A DNA stretch of 64,000 bases from NCBI GenBank assembly GCA_964016885.1, contig OZ024745.1:84506001-84570000 (forward strand). The letters run 5' to 3'. The number at the start of each line of letters is the position of its first letter. The stretch's first letter is position 1. Below are positions 37,837-51,947 of this stretch, piece after piece. Source of the stretch: Eledone cirrhosa (taxonomy: Eukaryota). Below the pieces are notes generated by a model. It searched no databases. It had not been told where the DNA came from and was given only the letters and a program-made list of their open reading frames with translations. Made by a program: the position numbers and the translations under genes.

Positions 37837-39021
37837 GTAAATATTTTCATGTTACATTATTATTAGACTTGAGAGCAGTGGCATGACAGAATCATAATAG
37901 TGTTGAACAAAATGCTTTGCAGTATTGTTCCAAGTCTTTCTATTCCGAGTTCAAATCCTCCTGAGGTCAACTTTTCCTTTCAATGTTCTTGAGCTGAAAA
38001 AATAAAACATCAGTAAAGTACTAGGGTAGATATAATTGACTTTCCTCTCCCCTTAAAATTGCTGACCCTGTGCTTAAATTAGAAATTATTTTACCTGGAC
38101 TTAAGACAGTTAGAAATTATTTTACCTGGACATTATTGCTGAAAAATTAAATTTCCTTTCATTAAAAAAATTATGTTGATTTTAATATCAAACCACCACT
38201 GGTTTTATGATACTAAGCTGTGTATTTTAATGTGTTTATATTTATTTAAACGTCTTTCATAACCCAAATGTCCCTACATAAAGTTATGTTCCAAACACCA
38301 GCTTAATTAGAAAGTTTTACAAAATCCCTCCAAAATCTTATTTGAAAAATTATTTGAAAATTATAGGCAGTGTTTTTCATTAGAAGAAATATAATAAAAG
38401 GATTACTGGTCATCTTAAATACAATTTTATCCTTGGTCTTTTCCTCATTTAAAAAATTTTTTTTCTTTAAAACAATCTAGACAATGACAATTTTGCTATT
38501 TATAAACTAAAGGAAGTAAAATCCCTTGTTTACAGGCTGGATTTATTGAAAATTGAAAATCTACCTTTAAAATTCCTTCAAATAATTTTAAGAATCATGA
38601 ATCTAAAACTCTCCTGGCATTAAAAGAAGGTTCTATAGATTCCTACATAATCTGTATATTTTACATTGTCAAATACTTTACTTTTTCTCTTTCTTTCTTT
38701 GTTACTATTTCTGAAATATTTTTTAAACAAATGTTAAAAATATGTCATTAGATTTTATTTCCTTTTTTTTTTTTTTATCAGGATTTAAAATAAAGTACAT
38801 CATACTTCAGTTAATTTCTGAAAATGGAATTCAATTCTTCAGCCAAAAATGTTTTTTTGTTTTTTTTTAATTATAAGATTTAATCTTGTCATTTTCCACA
38901 GAAAATAATCCTTTTACAATATGCTTAAATTGAAAGACCTACTTTAATATATCTTCATTAAATTGCTTAAAATTAACTGCAGCTTTTCCTAATCTTTTCT
39001 AATTAAATTTTTTTTATTCAG

Positions 39022-39569
39022 ATTTGAAAACAGCTGAATCTGACTCGAATACATTTTTTGATGGAAATATATTTTACCATAATTCGGAGAGCAATTACTC
39101 AAAATCCTCAAATGAAAATTATATCAATGGTGTTAAAGACAAATCTGATTTCTCCTCTAAAACCAACCTAGACAATAATAATTTTGATATTTATAAGCAA
39201 AATGGCATTCAAAAGGGACTTATTAAAGGAAGCAATATCACTTGTTTACAGAATCGATTAATAGAAAATCAAAAATCTCCTACATTTGAAGTTCCTTCAA
39301 ATAATTTTAAGAATCAAGACTTTGAAAACTCTCCTGCCACCAAACTAAGATTCCATAGATCGTCTGCTGGTCAAAAAGCGCTTAAAAATATATTTTGTGC
39401 AAGAACATCAAGTTCCCGAGTCCCAAACAGCATTCCAGTGATATTGCCAGACACTGAAACTTGTGCTGCACAGGACTCTGTGGAAGTGGTTGTTACTAAT
39501 CTCGACTATAATATTAGTCTAAGAGAATGGAAAGAAATTCTCTTTTCAACTTTTCGAACTGCAGTTATG
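39022..39569 (+). CDS. MARF1: MARF1-like exon: N/S-rich linker and start of the RRM
   Basis: ttttttattcag| ... ATG|gtaagg. EVVVTNLDYNISLREWKEIL resembles the start of the second MARF1 RRM. Confidence 0.85.
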
Positions 39570-41320
39570 GTAAGGTTTTCTTTTAACTGTTGCATTCACT
39601 TAATAGAAGCATAGATAATATGGATGAACATTATATATATATATATATATATATAGGAATAAAACACAATGAAGTAAAGCCAGTGGGTTAGAATTCACAT
39701 CATATATTTGCTGTTATACGTATTACGATGGGAACTGTTTCATAAGTTACCATCAAAATATGTATAACTGCGATTGTGTAACAAATAAATGAGGTAAATT
39801 CTAACCTGACTTCTACTGCATTTTTATAACAATACTCTGGAACACGCACGCACACTTAGCTTTTGACTAAGTGAAATAGTTTAATAATAATTGGGCATAT
39901 CAGCCTGTTGAATGGGCACCTGTTTCTATTCAGCAAGCTTATATGCCCAGTTATTATTAGACTATTTTTCTTATTGAAAGTTATGGCAAAATCTAATTCA
40001 ATTTTCATATTCCACATATCCTTTTCTAAATGCTTGTTTTCTATGTCTATATATACTGCTGATACAATTGCTTTTTCATATAACTAATTACTCAACATGG
40101 AAATATTACAGGAATATATATTTAAGGTGTGATATATTATTCTATGTTAATATAGAATTTCTACCAAATTTACTGTATTATTTGACAAGTGAGTTGATCT
40201 GAAATTGGGTATGGAGACTAAAATCATTACATCAGGGTAGCCATTAAATTTTTGTATTATGTCTTGGTGTGTTTTGTTTTGTGTCCGAAGGAACCAGTGA
40301 GCTTAATGTAGCCGTTCTTCTTGACTACAGGTGTATTACTGAAGGATAAAAACCAATGGCAAGGACATTCCATGGGATTGATTTTGGTGGGTAGGAAAGA
40401 TTGTGTATATTAATGAAACATATGGCAGGATAGGAGTAGATACTATGGGTGTCAAACCAGAGTGGAGATGAAAATAGATTAACTAAATTTAAGGAGCAGA
40501 AGCCACCGTAATAGTGGTAGAGAACACACTGAAGAGACAGTGGGGGATTGTGGCTGGAGTATTGATGAGAACTTCATCAGTTTGGTGACTTTATTTTTTA
40601 AGATGCAGTCAAGTGTTTTGTTTGTTTTTTGTATAACAGTAGCAGTCATGGACATGGAAGCAGTATTTGTTATTGGTCCTACTTGAGCTTTGTAGAAAGA
40701 TGGCAAATTTTAGGAAACTGGAGTATTTTCTAGCCATAAAAAGCAAGATTTGTCTTATGGCTGTAGTATTAGCTATATTGTGGGTGTGAAATTTGACCAA
40801 GTGTTCCTTAGATATTTTATCCCCAAAATGGTCTTCCTTAACTTTTTGTCACCTGAACGGTCTTTCTTAACTTGTCCACAAAAGTCTTAACTTTTTGTCC
40901 CCAAAATGGCATACTAAGTTTTCTGTCCCCAAAACAATATTCATTAACTTTCTGCTCCCAAAAAGCAGTGTACCATAACCTTTTTCCCCTCACCAAAAAA
41001 CAAAGCAGTATGCCATAACCTGTTGCCAAAAGTAATAGATATAGATTTTCAGAGCAAAATTGTGGCTTCTAGTAAAATCTGAATGTCAATATATTTCATT
41101 TATCATCAGCATTTAATGTCCATTTTTCATGCTTCTACAGGTTAAGTGGCATGTCATGTCATGTCATGTCATGAGATGAGTCAGGTCAGGGACCATGTCC
41201 TGTTCATGTGTATCTGTTTCTAACTTGATTTCTATGGTTTGATGACCTTCCTAATGCCAAAGTAAATATAAAGTAAATTTTTTGAGCTGTTTTGATTCGT
41301 AGTATACTTTTGTCTAACAG

Positions 41321-41499
41321 GTTAATGATGTAATAGTCAGAACACAAGCTGATAATTCTAAGTTGGCCATTGTGCAGATACCAACAATTGAAGATGCCAG
41401 ATTTGCTATATGTCAGTTCCATGGAAAGAAAATTGGTTATAAAAGGCTACATGTATGTTTGAAGTCTGAAGAAAATGTAAACAATTTGTCCAGTATGAG
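41321..41499 (+). CDS. MARF1: MARF1-like exon: rest of the RRM
   Basis: ctaacag| VNDVIVRTQADNSKLAIVQIPTIEDARFAICQFHGKKIGYKRLHVCL..SM |gtatgt; phases 0/2. Confidence 0.9.
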
Positions 41500-42577
41500 G
41501 TATGTTTTTTCTCTTCATAATATGGAAGAAAATTCTATGGATTTAAAATTATTCATAACTTTATCAAATTAACATGAAAAGAATGATTTCGTGTTTTTAA
41601 ACGTATGGCTTTTTATGAGATAAGAAATTATATTGTGAAATATTTGAAAAAGTTGTTTAGTCTTGTGTGTGCCCTGACAGAGCAGACCTATGACCAAAGA
41701 TATTTCATAACTAAGACTATATTATCATGATTTTGACCAATCTGTTTCTAACAGGTCAATTCACCAGATATAGGTTTTGTTGTTGGCTCATTTATATGAA
41801 CCCTTTTAATACAAATCTGCCCCGTTAAACCACCCCTGGTTCTATGAAAAAAAAAGACACTTGTTTTAAAGGTTCCTTATTATCTTCCACCATAATTTGA
41901 TATAAGAATATTTTATTTTACAAATACGAATAAAATAATTAATAATTTTGGTAAATCCCTCAATGTTTCATTAATTCAAATACAGATTTCATTAGAAATA
42001 TTGTAAGAAAAGGGTTAATAAAAAAAAAAAAAAAAGATGAAATAATTACAATTGGCATTAAGATTGAAACACAAACTTAATTAGTCCTTGTCTTAACATG
42101 TTTCTAATGAAAGACACTACTTGTAATTTTCTAATAATTTGGAAAATTACTAAGAATTTGAAAGGATTTTTATCTAGTGTTTGAAACATAGCTTAACATA
42201 GATTTATAATAGGTTTTTAGATAATAAACATTTTGAAATAGTTTCAGATTACTGAACTATAATTAAACTTCAGATGATTTTGTATGAAAAAAGTTAAGTT
42301 CTACTTCACAAATGCAAAATAATTGCAACTAGAATGTGATTTGTAAATATGTATTAATTAAAAAATGGAAGCAAGACAACTTTGCCACTTGTCATATAAA
42401 TTTGAATCCACTTGCAAATAGATTTACAACTAGATTTACAAATAGACATACAAATGAATTTAACTAATTAGGGTCTGAGTTACAGCTTTCTTATCTTGTC
42501 AGATCATGTCTTGCACATACATTCCCTTTTTGGCATAAATTGTATTGCTGGATACCCTTTCTCATACCAGCCACTTT

Positions 42578-44362
42578 AAGGGTAAAGGAGATGCCTTAGA
42601 TAGGGGGACTATAGAGGCATTAAATTAATTGACCAGGTCATGGTCACAGAAAAAAGTTATAGTGCAACTAATCAGAGAGCAAATTGATCTAGATGAAATG
42701 CAGTTTGGGTGTGTGTCAGGTAAAAGTACCACAGACGCTTTTATCCTTGTACGACAACTACAGAAGTACCTAGCTAAAAGTAAACCCATATACTTAGTTT
42801 TTGGCGACTTGGAGAAAGCCTTTGACAGTCCCCTGCTCCAATATCTGGTGGGCTCTTAGAAAACTAGGTGTTGATGAATGGCTTGTGAGAGCTATACTAG
42901 CCATGTATAAAGAAAGTCAGCAAGGTTAGAATTAACGAATATAGTGAAGAATTTAGCATAAAAGTTGTTCATCCTTAGCCCCCTCCTATTTATTATTGCC
43001 CTTCAGGCTATAACAGGAGTTCAAGACTGGCTGCCCATGGGAACTTCTATATGCAGATGATCTAACGCTCATAGCTGAATCAATGGCTGAACTAGAGAAG
43101 AAATTTGAAACATGGAAGCATGGTCTAGATAGAATCAAAAGGCCTTAAAGTTAACTTGTCTAAGACTAAAGTTCTAGTATGTAGGAAGGAAAATAGGGCA
43201 CAGGACCCCCTCTGGGAAATGGCCATGCTCAGTGTGTAGGAAAGGAGTAGGCAGAAATTCCATTTTATGTCCCAAATGCAAAGTATGGGTGCATAAAAGA
43301 TGTAGTGGGATCACAGGTAAGCTAAGAACATAGATTTTATATGTGGCTGGTGCTCAGGTGCAATAAGTAGCAAGTTCCCACAGGATACTAGCTCCTTCTA
43401 TTGCACAGATGGTTCTATAGAAATAGTGGACACCTTCCATTACCTGGGTGACAAAATCAGCAGTGGTGCAGGGTGCTCTGAAAGTACAGTAGCCAGAGTC
43501 AGAATGGGATGGAAAAAGTTCAGAGAGCTTATACCACTATTGGTCACTAAAGGTTTCTCTCTAAAAATAAAAGGCAGATTGTATGATGCCTGCATACGAA
43601 CATCTATGTTACAAGGCAGTGAGACATGGGCATTGTGTGCAGAGGATCTGCACAGACTGGAGAGGAATGAAGCAGGCATGCTCCATTGGATGTGTAATTG
43701 TAATATACGTGAACAGCAAAGCATAAATGAACTAAGTGAGAAATTAGGAATAAGAGGGATCAGATGCTGTTTACTCAAGAGAAGACTACGTTGGTATGGT
43801 CACAAGATGTGCATGAAGGATGACAGCTGTATAAAAAAGTGCAGGGCGATCAAAATAGATGGTAGCTACGGAGTAGGCAGACTCAGAAAAATCTGGGACG
43901 ATTTGATAAATTCCGACCTTACACACTGCTCTCTAAGACAATGTCACTGGACCAAGATCTTTAGCACTACGCAGTAATACAGAAGACATGCCTTGCCTAT
44001 GTACAAAGCGAAACCTAGTCAGTAGGCACCTCCTAACCAAATATACACCCCATCCCACTACCCCTACTCCACCCCCATCAACACGATCCCCTTTCTCTGT
44101 AAAGTTATGTTGGTACCACAACATCCAATCTTAAATAAATGAGGTCATGTAGATGTCACGACAAAAAAAAACAGTCCACACTGTAATGTGGCCATGTAGG
44201 TAACACGGTAAAAACCTCCCAGTCCATACTGTAAACGTGGTTGGTTTTAGGAAGGGCATCCAGCCGTAGAAAACCTGCCAGACAGTCCTATACGAGCTAG
44301 ATGACCAATCTTACCTCAAGTGGGACAATTCCTGTCTAAACCCATGCTAGCGATGATGATGA
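42578..44362 (+). mobile_element. Degraded RTE LINE (second subfamily) in a MARF1 intron
   Basis: QFGCVSGKST, DLEKAFD, LYADD, the PHD-like segment, FHYLG and a (GAT)n tail. It matches 14918-16895. Confidence 0.9.
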
Positions 44363-46334
44363 ATAGGTGCATTTTATGTTGCCAGTACTGTAAATGTTGT
44401 GTTCTTGAAAAACTGGCATCATTACACTACATTTTCTCTATTTGATCACCTACCATTTTACCAATGTAGAAAGTGAATTTATTGTAGCACTAACACTAGA
44501 GCAGTTACCCTGTCCTCATCAAGATGAAGTCCAACTCTACATACTCTTTCAAGATAGGTGTGTATGTTTGTGATGAGGAAGGGAGGTAAATATTAACATA
44601 AAAGGTGATCACTTGCATGATCACACAGGAGATAAAGCTAGTTGAAAATACATTTGTTTCAATGCTTTACTGCAACTATTTGAAAACCTTGATTCTGTTT
44701 TGAAATATTGCCATGTTTTATTATTCTTATTAATACGCTTAGAGCCAAAATATTAAAATAAAATCGATTATATTCTGTTGACAAAATTAGACTACTGTCT
44801 TGTCAAGGGGTGTTTTACTTGTTTATATGTAACCAAAATAGCTTGAATTAATTTTGATGGCAACTATTAAAATGTCTGATGTGTAACCAAACTGATTGCC
44901 TCATAGTATCTAGTCCATAATTGCTCAACATTAAAATCATACCAAGCTTGTGAAGACCATAAGTAGTAGTCCCTTTCTTCAGATTAAACCATTGTATAAA
45001 GACTAAGAGGATTGAGGGTTGCTTCGGTGAGCGTCACAGCTAAAACACTTTTAATCATAGGTCTGCATGATCAGCTATCAAACCCATGCAAGCATGGAAA
45101 AACAGACTCTACAATGATACCGAAACAATGATCAGTGAATTTACAGAGTTACTTCAATTAACTGTTATGTTTCTTTATAAAGTTATCTGTATTTAGTCGA
45201 CAGAAATTGATGATATTATAAACACCTGAAAACATTTACTTTGTTTGTAGCCAGCCAAATGAAATTGAGACATTTTATTTTCTATTATGTGATATTTCTT
45301 TTAGTGAAAAAATTTTGTAAAATGTGATTCAAATTATACCAAAGTAAATATTAAAATTATCTTGTCAAACAAGCTAAATATTTGTGGAGATGCTGGTGGT
45401 GAAAAACAAACAGTAATTTATTCTGGTTAATATTCAACATGGGATTTTGTTCTAAAATGTTTTTTTCTTTTTAGAAATAATTTTGGTTTAAAACAGCTAC
45501 TGTCATCTTAAAAGCTTGTTAACATTATTGATATAACTCTCTCCTTTGCTATTTAATAATAGATCAGACTTGATCAAGCTGACCTATGATTAAAGGTGTT
45601 CCACCACCCTGTGGTAATTTTATTAAGCTACCCTCAATCCTCAGTTATATAATCGTTTGGTCTGAAGAAAGGGAATGTACTTATGGTCTTCACAAACCAT
45701 CCCAAGACTGCTCTAATGCATACAGGAGAGGGCCTCAAACATGTTATCTATGGCAGAACATTTGAAACAGTAAATTTGTCTCCCTACATTTTGTACTTAT
45801 TTATGTGTCCCACTTAATATCCTATGAATTCATTTTAATGAGGGGGTAGGGGTAAACTGTAACCAATCTGCTGTATTGCAGATAAGCATTATAACTGGAA
45901 ATCACATCCCCCAACTGGATCTCGGTTTTGGCTCAGTCTTTTTTCCAGGACATAATGGCCCTTCTGAGTTTGAGTACCCTGATATAGAACTACACTATTC
46001 AATGTATATTTCTTTTTAATACAGTAAGTTATTTATTTAAAGATTTCATTTTTTCCAATATATCAAGCAATAGAAGCAAAGTCTCGTGTTCTCCTGTTTC
46101 CTTTCCAGTTTGTCATTGTTGATGCAATTGTTAGCTTTTCTACAAAGTATTAGTCAGTTTTAATATTTTGTAGATCACTGACACAATCAACTTAACAATA
46201 TTTTTCTTCACACTTAATTTTATATGCCACTCTTAACCCATCTTATCTCATTTTGTAGTGTACTTAACTTAATTAACCCTTTCCTTATGGAAATAATTTA
46301 TCAGCTAAGCTTCCATTTATAATATGCAGTCTCA

Positions 46335-47700
46335 TTAGGTAATGTGTAGAGGAACAGTTAACAAGGTCAGAATTAGTGAAGAATTTAGCATGCAGGTAGG
46401 TGTCCATCAGGGCTCCCTCCTTACTCCTCTCGTGTTATCGTCCTGCAGGCTATAACAGTAGAATTTAAGACTGGCTGCCCATGGGAACTTCTGTATGCTG
46501 ATGATTTAACCCTTATAGCTGAAACTATAGCAGAATTAAAGAAATTCCAAACCTGGAAGCATGGTCTAGAATCAAAAGGGAAATGCTCTTGCTTAGTGTG
46601 CAGGAATGGAGTAGGTAGAAATTCCATCCTATGCTCCAAATGTAAACTGTGTACATGAGATGTAGAGGGATCACAAGTAGGCTATCAAAGAATATAGGTT
46701 TTTATGTGGCCAATACACAGGTGCAGTAAGTAGCAAGAATCCACTGCTCTGTAAAAATAGTTGACAGTTTGTTACCTGGGTGATCAAATTAGCAGAGGAG
46801 GAAGGTATTCTAAAAGTATAGTAGTCAGTGGGAACAGGATGGAGAAAGTTCAAGGAGTTACTACTGCTGTTAGCTACAAAAGGTTTTTTTCCCTCAAAAT
46901 AAATGGTAGATTGTATGATGCATATATATGAACAGCAATGTTGCATGGTAGTGAAACCTGGGTGTTGAGTACAGAGGATCTGTGAAGATTGGAAAGAAAT
47001 GAAGCCTGCATGCTCTGATGGATTTTTAATGATATACATGAATGGCAAAACAAATGAACTGGGTATAAGAAAGACCAGATGCAGTGTGCAAGAGAGATAG
47101 TGTTATGACCATGTGATGCATATGAAGGATGGCAGATGTATAAAAAGGGCAGGGCAATCAAAGTTGATGAAAGCTATGGAGTAGGAAGACCTGGGATGAA
47201 GTGATAAAAGCTGACTTTGCACTATTGCACTTCTCAAAGGCGATGACATAGGATCAAGATCTTTGGCGCTATGCAGCAATGCAGAAGACCCACCTTCCTT
47301 TGCACATGAGTTGAAGCATAAATCTAGTATGCGCCACTTAACCTCTATCCTCCCTCCCTCTTCTACACACCTTGCATGCCCTAACACTCTACCCACACCT
47401 TATCACCCACCCTTCACCCCTGCCTTTACACCCACCACCTCCCAGTCCACATTGTAAAGGGATCATTATGGTGCCATGATGATAGACACCCAGTCCACAC
47501 TGTAAAGTGGTCATGAATGTCATGAAAAAAAAGCATCCAGTCCACTCTGTAGATATGGTTGGCATTAGGAAGGGCATCCAGCTGTAGAAACCAAGTCAGA
47601 AACAGTCCTGTATGAGCAAAACATGATCACCTTACCTGACTTAAATGTGACAACCTGTTTAACTTATGCCAGTGTTGAAAATAAATGTTAAACGATGATT
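46335..47700 (+). mobile_element. Older, heavily degraded RTE LINE
   Basis: ggtgtccatcagggctc and gaacttctgtatgctgatgat (ELLYADD), followed by the 3'-UTR module and tail. Confidence 0.8.
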
Positions 47701-48225
47701 ACTCAATTGCTGATTACACTCGATGACACTAATTTTTTAGCAAGCACTACTTTAGATGATATTTGTTAATTTTAGGGTGCTCTTTGTGATTATGAAATTT
47801 ATTTTGCTCTATCGCGTCTACATTTTGATCTACAAGATATCTTGCATATATTACATTTATAGAAAAAGTGAACATTGCATGATAATTATTTTGTGAACAT
47901 TGCATGATAATTATCAGTTGAAATCTGATAATCTTTTGCTTTTAATTTCCTTGGTCCAGCAGTAGAGTACAGTCAATTTAATACCAACAATACAATGTTG
48001 ACTATTAAATATATAAACATAGAATTCAAAGGTGATTCTTGGGCCATATTTAAGTATTGTACAGCTGTTTTCACTTTTATCATCAATAAAACAAGCATCA
48101 ATAATACAAGCATGATTTTCGGGCAACTGTTCTAAATGACTTTCCTTGTGCAAATTTTTGGCTGTCTATCTCTGAAAGATCTCAATTACAGTTCTTTAAA
48201 TTGAAAAGAAATTACATTTTCCGTT

Positions 48226-48408
48226 TAATTGTTTCTACTTTTGGCACAAGGCCAGCAATTACCCAGTACATTACTGGTACTTTATTTTATCGACCCCATA
48301 AGGATGAAAGGCAAAGTTATCATCGGCAGGATTTGAACTCAGAATGGCAAGGGCTGTAACTCTGTCAAAGCATGGCATCCGACCCTCTACCAATACTGCC
48401 AATCCACT
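48226..48408 (-). mobile_element. SINE family B
   Basis: Reverse complement of the family B consensus, flanked by ttttccgtt repeats. Confidence 0.85.
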
Positions 48409-49199
48409 TTTCCGTTCTATAATGAATTTTTGTACGTCTTCATATGAGCCTATATGCTGTTTTTTGTTTACTTTTTTAATCAGTTTTTATAGCATGAAAA
48501 CATTTTTTTAGTCGAGTATAAAACATGCATGAGCACATCAATAACGCTTGTTTTAAAATCTTTGGTGTTTTCCTCATAGAAATGAAGTTATTTCTAATTA
48601 TCAGTTCAAACATTTAATTAACAGTTTATTTTCCATTATGCTCTGTTAAAATATATTGTTTGCCATGTGAGTCAAATGATAAAGACTAATTACTTGTGTA
48701 GGCACAAAGGGTGGATATTTTGAGTGAACAAAAACAAGTATGTTATGTTTTCTGGTATGAGTAATAGATTGACATTCACTTAATTGTAAAAGGAAATAAA
48801 GTAGTGAAATAAATTTTATGCTGAGGAAAAACGAAAGTCTGTTTTAGAGTTTAGTGAGAAATTATAGGAGTGTTGTTGTTTAGATTTAAATTTGCTTGTG
48901 GTGAAGAGAATGAAGTAGATGCAGAGTTGTTGGTGAGATGGAACAGAAAACAAATGAGAAGTGTCATGAATAGTTTGAGATCGATGATGGAAGAGAAAGT
49001 TAAGTGAAGGAGAGGTGATAGTTTGTGAGGATCAAGTGAGGTGGGAGAAGTGAGAATATAAAGCAAGTGGAGGAAGTGCAAGGTGATAAGGAATTCAGCT
49101 TTAGGGTCAATATGCTATTGAAGATAAAGCAGACTCGAATGGAGCATTTAAATACTGTTACAGGAATGAATGGACATTTTACCTATAGCCACACTAGAC

Positions 49200-50060
49200 C
49201 TTTGTCTAGTTCAAAGAAATACTTTTCTTGATGCAGTTTAGGCTTCTAAGCCTCCACATCTTGAGACGCATGGTCTGTTGATTGTGTGTTGCGTCTTCAC
49301 CTCTTTCTATGGGAGTACCAATACAGGATGTGATTAGTATGTCTCCCAATTGGGAGTTATGTGATGTCTCAACCAACCAATTCTATGCTTGCACATGATG
49401 TTAGACTTGCTGTTGGTGGGTTTGTTGACACTTCTTTGTTGTCATTCTACCTGATACCAAGGATTTTGTGTACACTTTTGGTATCAAAAGCATCTAATTG
49501 GTTCTTTGGGCTGGTCTTCACACTGTTTCACACCTGTACAGGAATATTGAAAGCACATTGCTGTTGTAAAATCTCATCTTGGTACCAAGCAAAAGTCTTT
49601 TGCTCCTCCAAATCTTGAGTTGCTTAAAAGCAGCCAAAGCTTTGCCTATTCTGCAATTGATTTCTTTTTCCATGTCCTCACTTCTGTTAATAAATCTTCT
49701 GCGTCCACAACCTGATGTAGACATTTGTTGGTGATGGATGTACACCAACTAGCATGTTTTTGGTCATTTTGACACTAATGCTGAGACCAATGCTGGCTGC
49801 AGATGACCTCATCTATCAGATACTACAAGTCGGATGTATTTTTGGCCATGACTGCAATATCCTCTGGAAAGTCAAGGTCTAAGTGCTTCTGTTCCTCTAG
49901 CCAGTCAATCTCCTTATCTTCTGTTGCCCTTTTGAGAATCCAGTCAGTGGCCAAAGCAAATTGGAGACAGCAGGCATCCATGGTGGTCTCCAGTGATGAC
50001 CTCAAACAATTCACTATAGTCATCCTCAGTTCTTATGCACCATTGGGAGTTAGTATATAA
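49200..50060 (-). mobile_element. Ancient RTE-like LINE remnant, different family
   Basis: FALATDWIL, LDLDFPEDIAVMA (degenerate FADD), EINCRIGKALAAFKQL and FYNSNVLSIFLYRCET. Confidence 0.7.
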
Positions 50061-50319
50061 ATCCTTGATGGCTGTGTTAGCCTTGGAGAGTGTACCATAA
50101 GGATGGTCTGTGTATGCTATTAAATTATAGGACTACTGCACTTGACATCATAGAAGATATTGGGGCAGGGGGAGCAGTAGGGTGGAAAATGTATTTTCTA
50201 ATGTTTATTACAGTAAATAATCAGTGAATGATGAATTTTTGAGGATAGATATCTTATATGCAATATAATTGTATCTCACTAATATTTTGTGTGTTCATTT
50301 CTCAATTTGTTCCAACTAG

Positions 50320-50400
50320 GTTGGAAGTGATAGCTATACTGAAAGAAGCAAAAGGACATGTTTTGCCCCTGTTTAAATTTATTGAACACTTTGACAGAAG
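50320..50400 (+). CDS. MARF1: MARF1-like exon: start of the first LOTUS domain
   Basis: aactag|G LEVIAILKEAKGHVLPLFKFIEHFDR AG|gtaaga; phases 2/2. LPLFKF is characteristic of MARF1. Confidence 0.9.
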
Positions 50401-51639
50401 GTAAGATATCATATTCTTTGATTCTAACATGTTTTTGTTGAAAATGGGAAATTTATTGGCAGTTGTTAGTTCCTTGCTCCAACTGAGGGGTTAAAGTTTT
50501 TTTTTGCTTTTTTTTTTTGTGGTATATGGTGAAGAGGGTGGTGGAGTGTTTGGGTCGCTTAATATTAGGCTGATGTAGCAGGGGTGGTGTGGCAGTGCTG
50601 TGTTAGGGTGGTGTGGCAGTGCAGTATTGCAATGTTGGGCCAGTATAGTGTCGAGGCAGTGCAGCAGTAAATTAATTTATTTGCATATTTCCAACATATA
50701 GCACCTACTCCAAGCTCTGCTTTTTAAGTTATTCCATGATTGTTAGAGGAAGTATCTTTTAACAAGCAATATTCAATATTTATCCATTGTAAGATGAGAC
50801 TATTGTCAACAAGTGTAGTTTCTTTCATCTCTTATTTTAATTAGTTTTAATAGAATTTGTCCATTCTCTAGACAGTAATTAAACAGAGCAGACATAAGAT
50901 ATCTATAACATTTATTGTGGCCAATGTAATTAACTTAATAGCCAAAGGAATATTTAGTGTGTATAGTCATTTAAAATTCCAGCTTGAGCTGTTGAATATT
51001 GTGGCAAAAACACTGGACTTGGTAATTTAATGTCTAAATTTAGTTCACTATATTTCACACATTTTAAAATTCACACCAACAGTTTTATATCATAAGTCCA
51101 TGGTGGTTTCAGGCAGTATCAAAAGCTATTTCAGTTGATATTTACTAACCTTTCAATGTAAAATCCTATTTCCTTATCCTATAAATCTTAACCATTGTAT
51201 CTTATAGTGTCCTCTATTAGTGGTCTGTCATCTTATATAAGTATAAGGCCATAAATTTGTATTGATTAGCGCCACCTTGCCCGGGAAGAAAAAAACTAAT
51301 TGGAGTTACTTCCCGTTGAATTCTAGAGGATTTCTTGAACTTCCGGTCTAGGGATTATAAAGGAGGGAGAAAAGAGACATCTTAGCTTATTTGGTGACGG
51401 CTCTCGGACAGTTCATTCATGAGCGAGTTTGTTAACCTTATTATATCTGTATCGAATTAAATTAGTGGTTGGCCTGCAGTGGCATTTACCAAAGTAAATA
51501 ACCCTGTGACTAATTCACTAAAAATTTATTGATAATGCTCATTTTTTTTCCAGTCACTAGTTTATCAATGTAAATATGTACTGTATATGACATGGTTTCT
51601 CAGGCTAGATGCCCTTCCCAACACAAACCACCATACTGT

Positions 51640-51947
51640 GTGTTTTAATAACACTAGTACTACTACTTCACATAGTGTACTGGGTATGTTTTATCATTGT
51701 ACCAGCACTACCACTTTACAGGATGGGTTGGATACGTTTTATTACAGCACCAGCATGACCACTTTACAAGGTGGACTGGATACATTTTATTGTGGCACCA
51801 GCACTACCACATTACAGGGTGGACAGGATACATTTTGTGGCACCAGCACTACCACTTTACAGGATGGGTTGGATACATTTTATTACAGCACCAGCATTAC
51901 CACTTTACAGGGTGGACTGGATACATTTTATTGTGGCACCAGCACTA
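51640..51947. repeat. 48-bp minisatellite (~6 units) derived from the RTE/SINE UTR module
   Basis: Unit cagcactaccactttacagggtggactggatacattttattgtggcac. It is preceded by ggctagatgcccttcc and is similar to 23560-23630. Confidence 0.8.
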
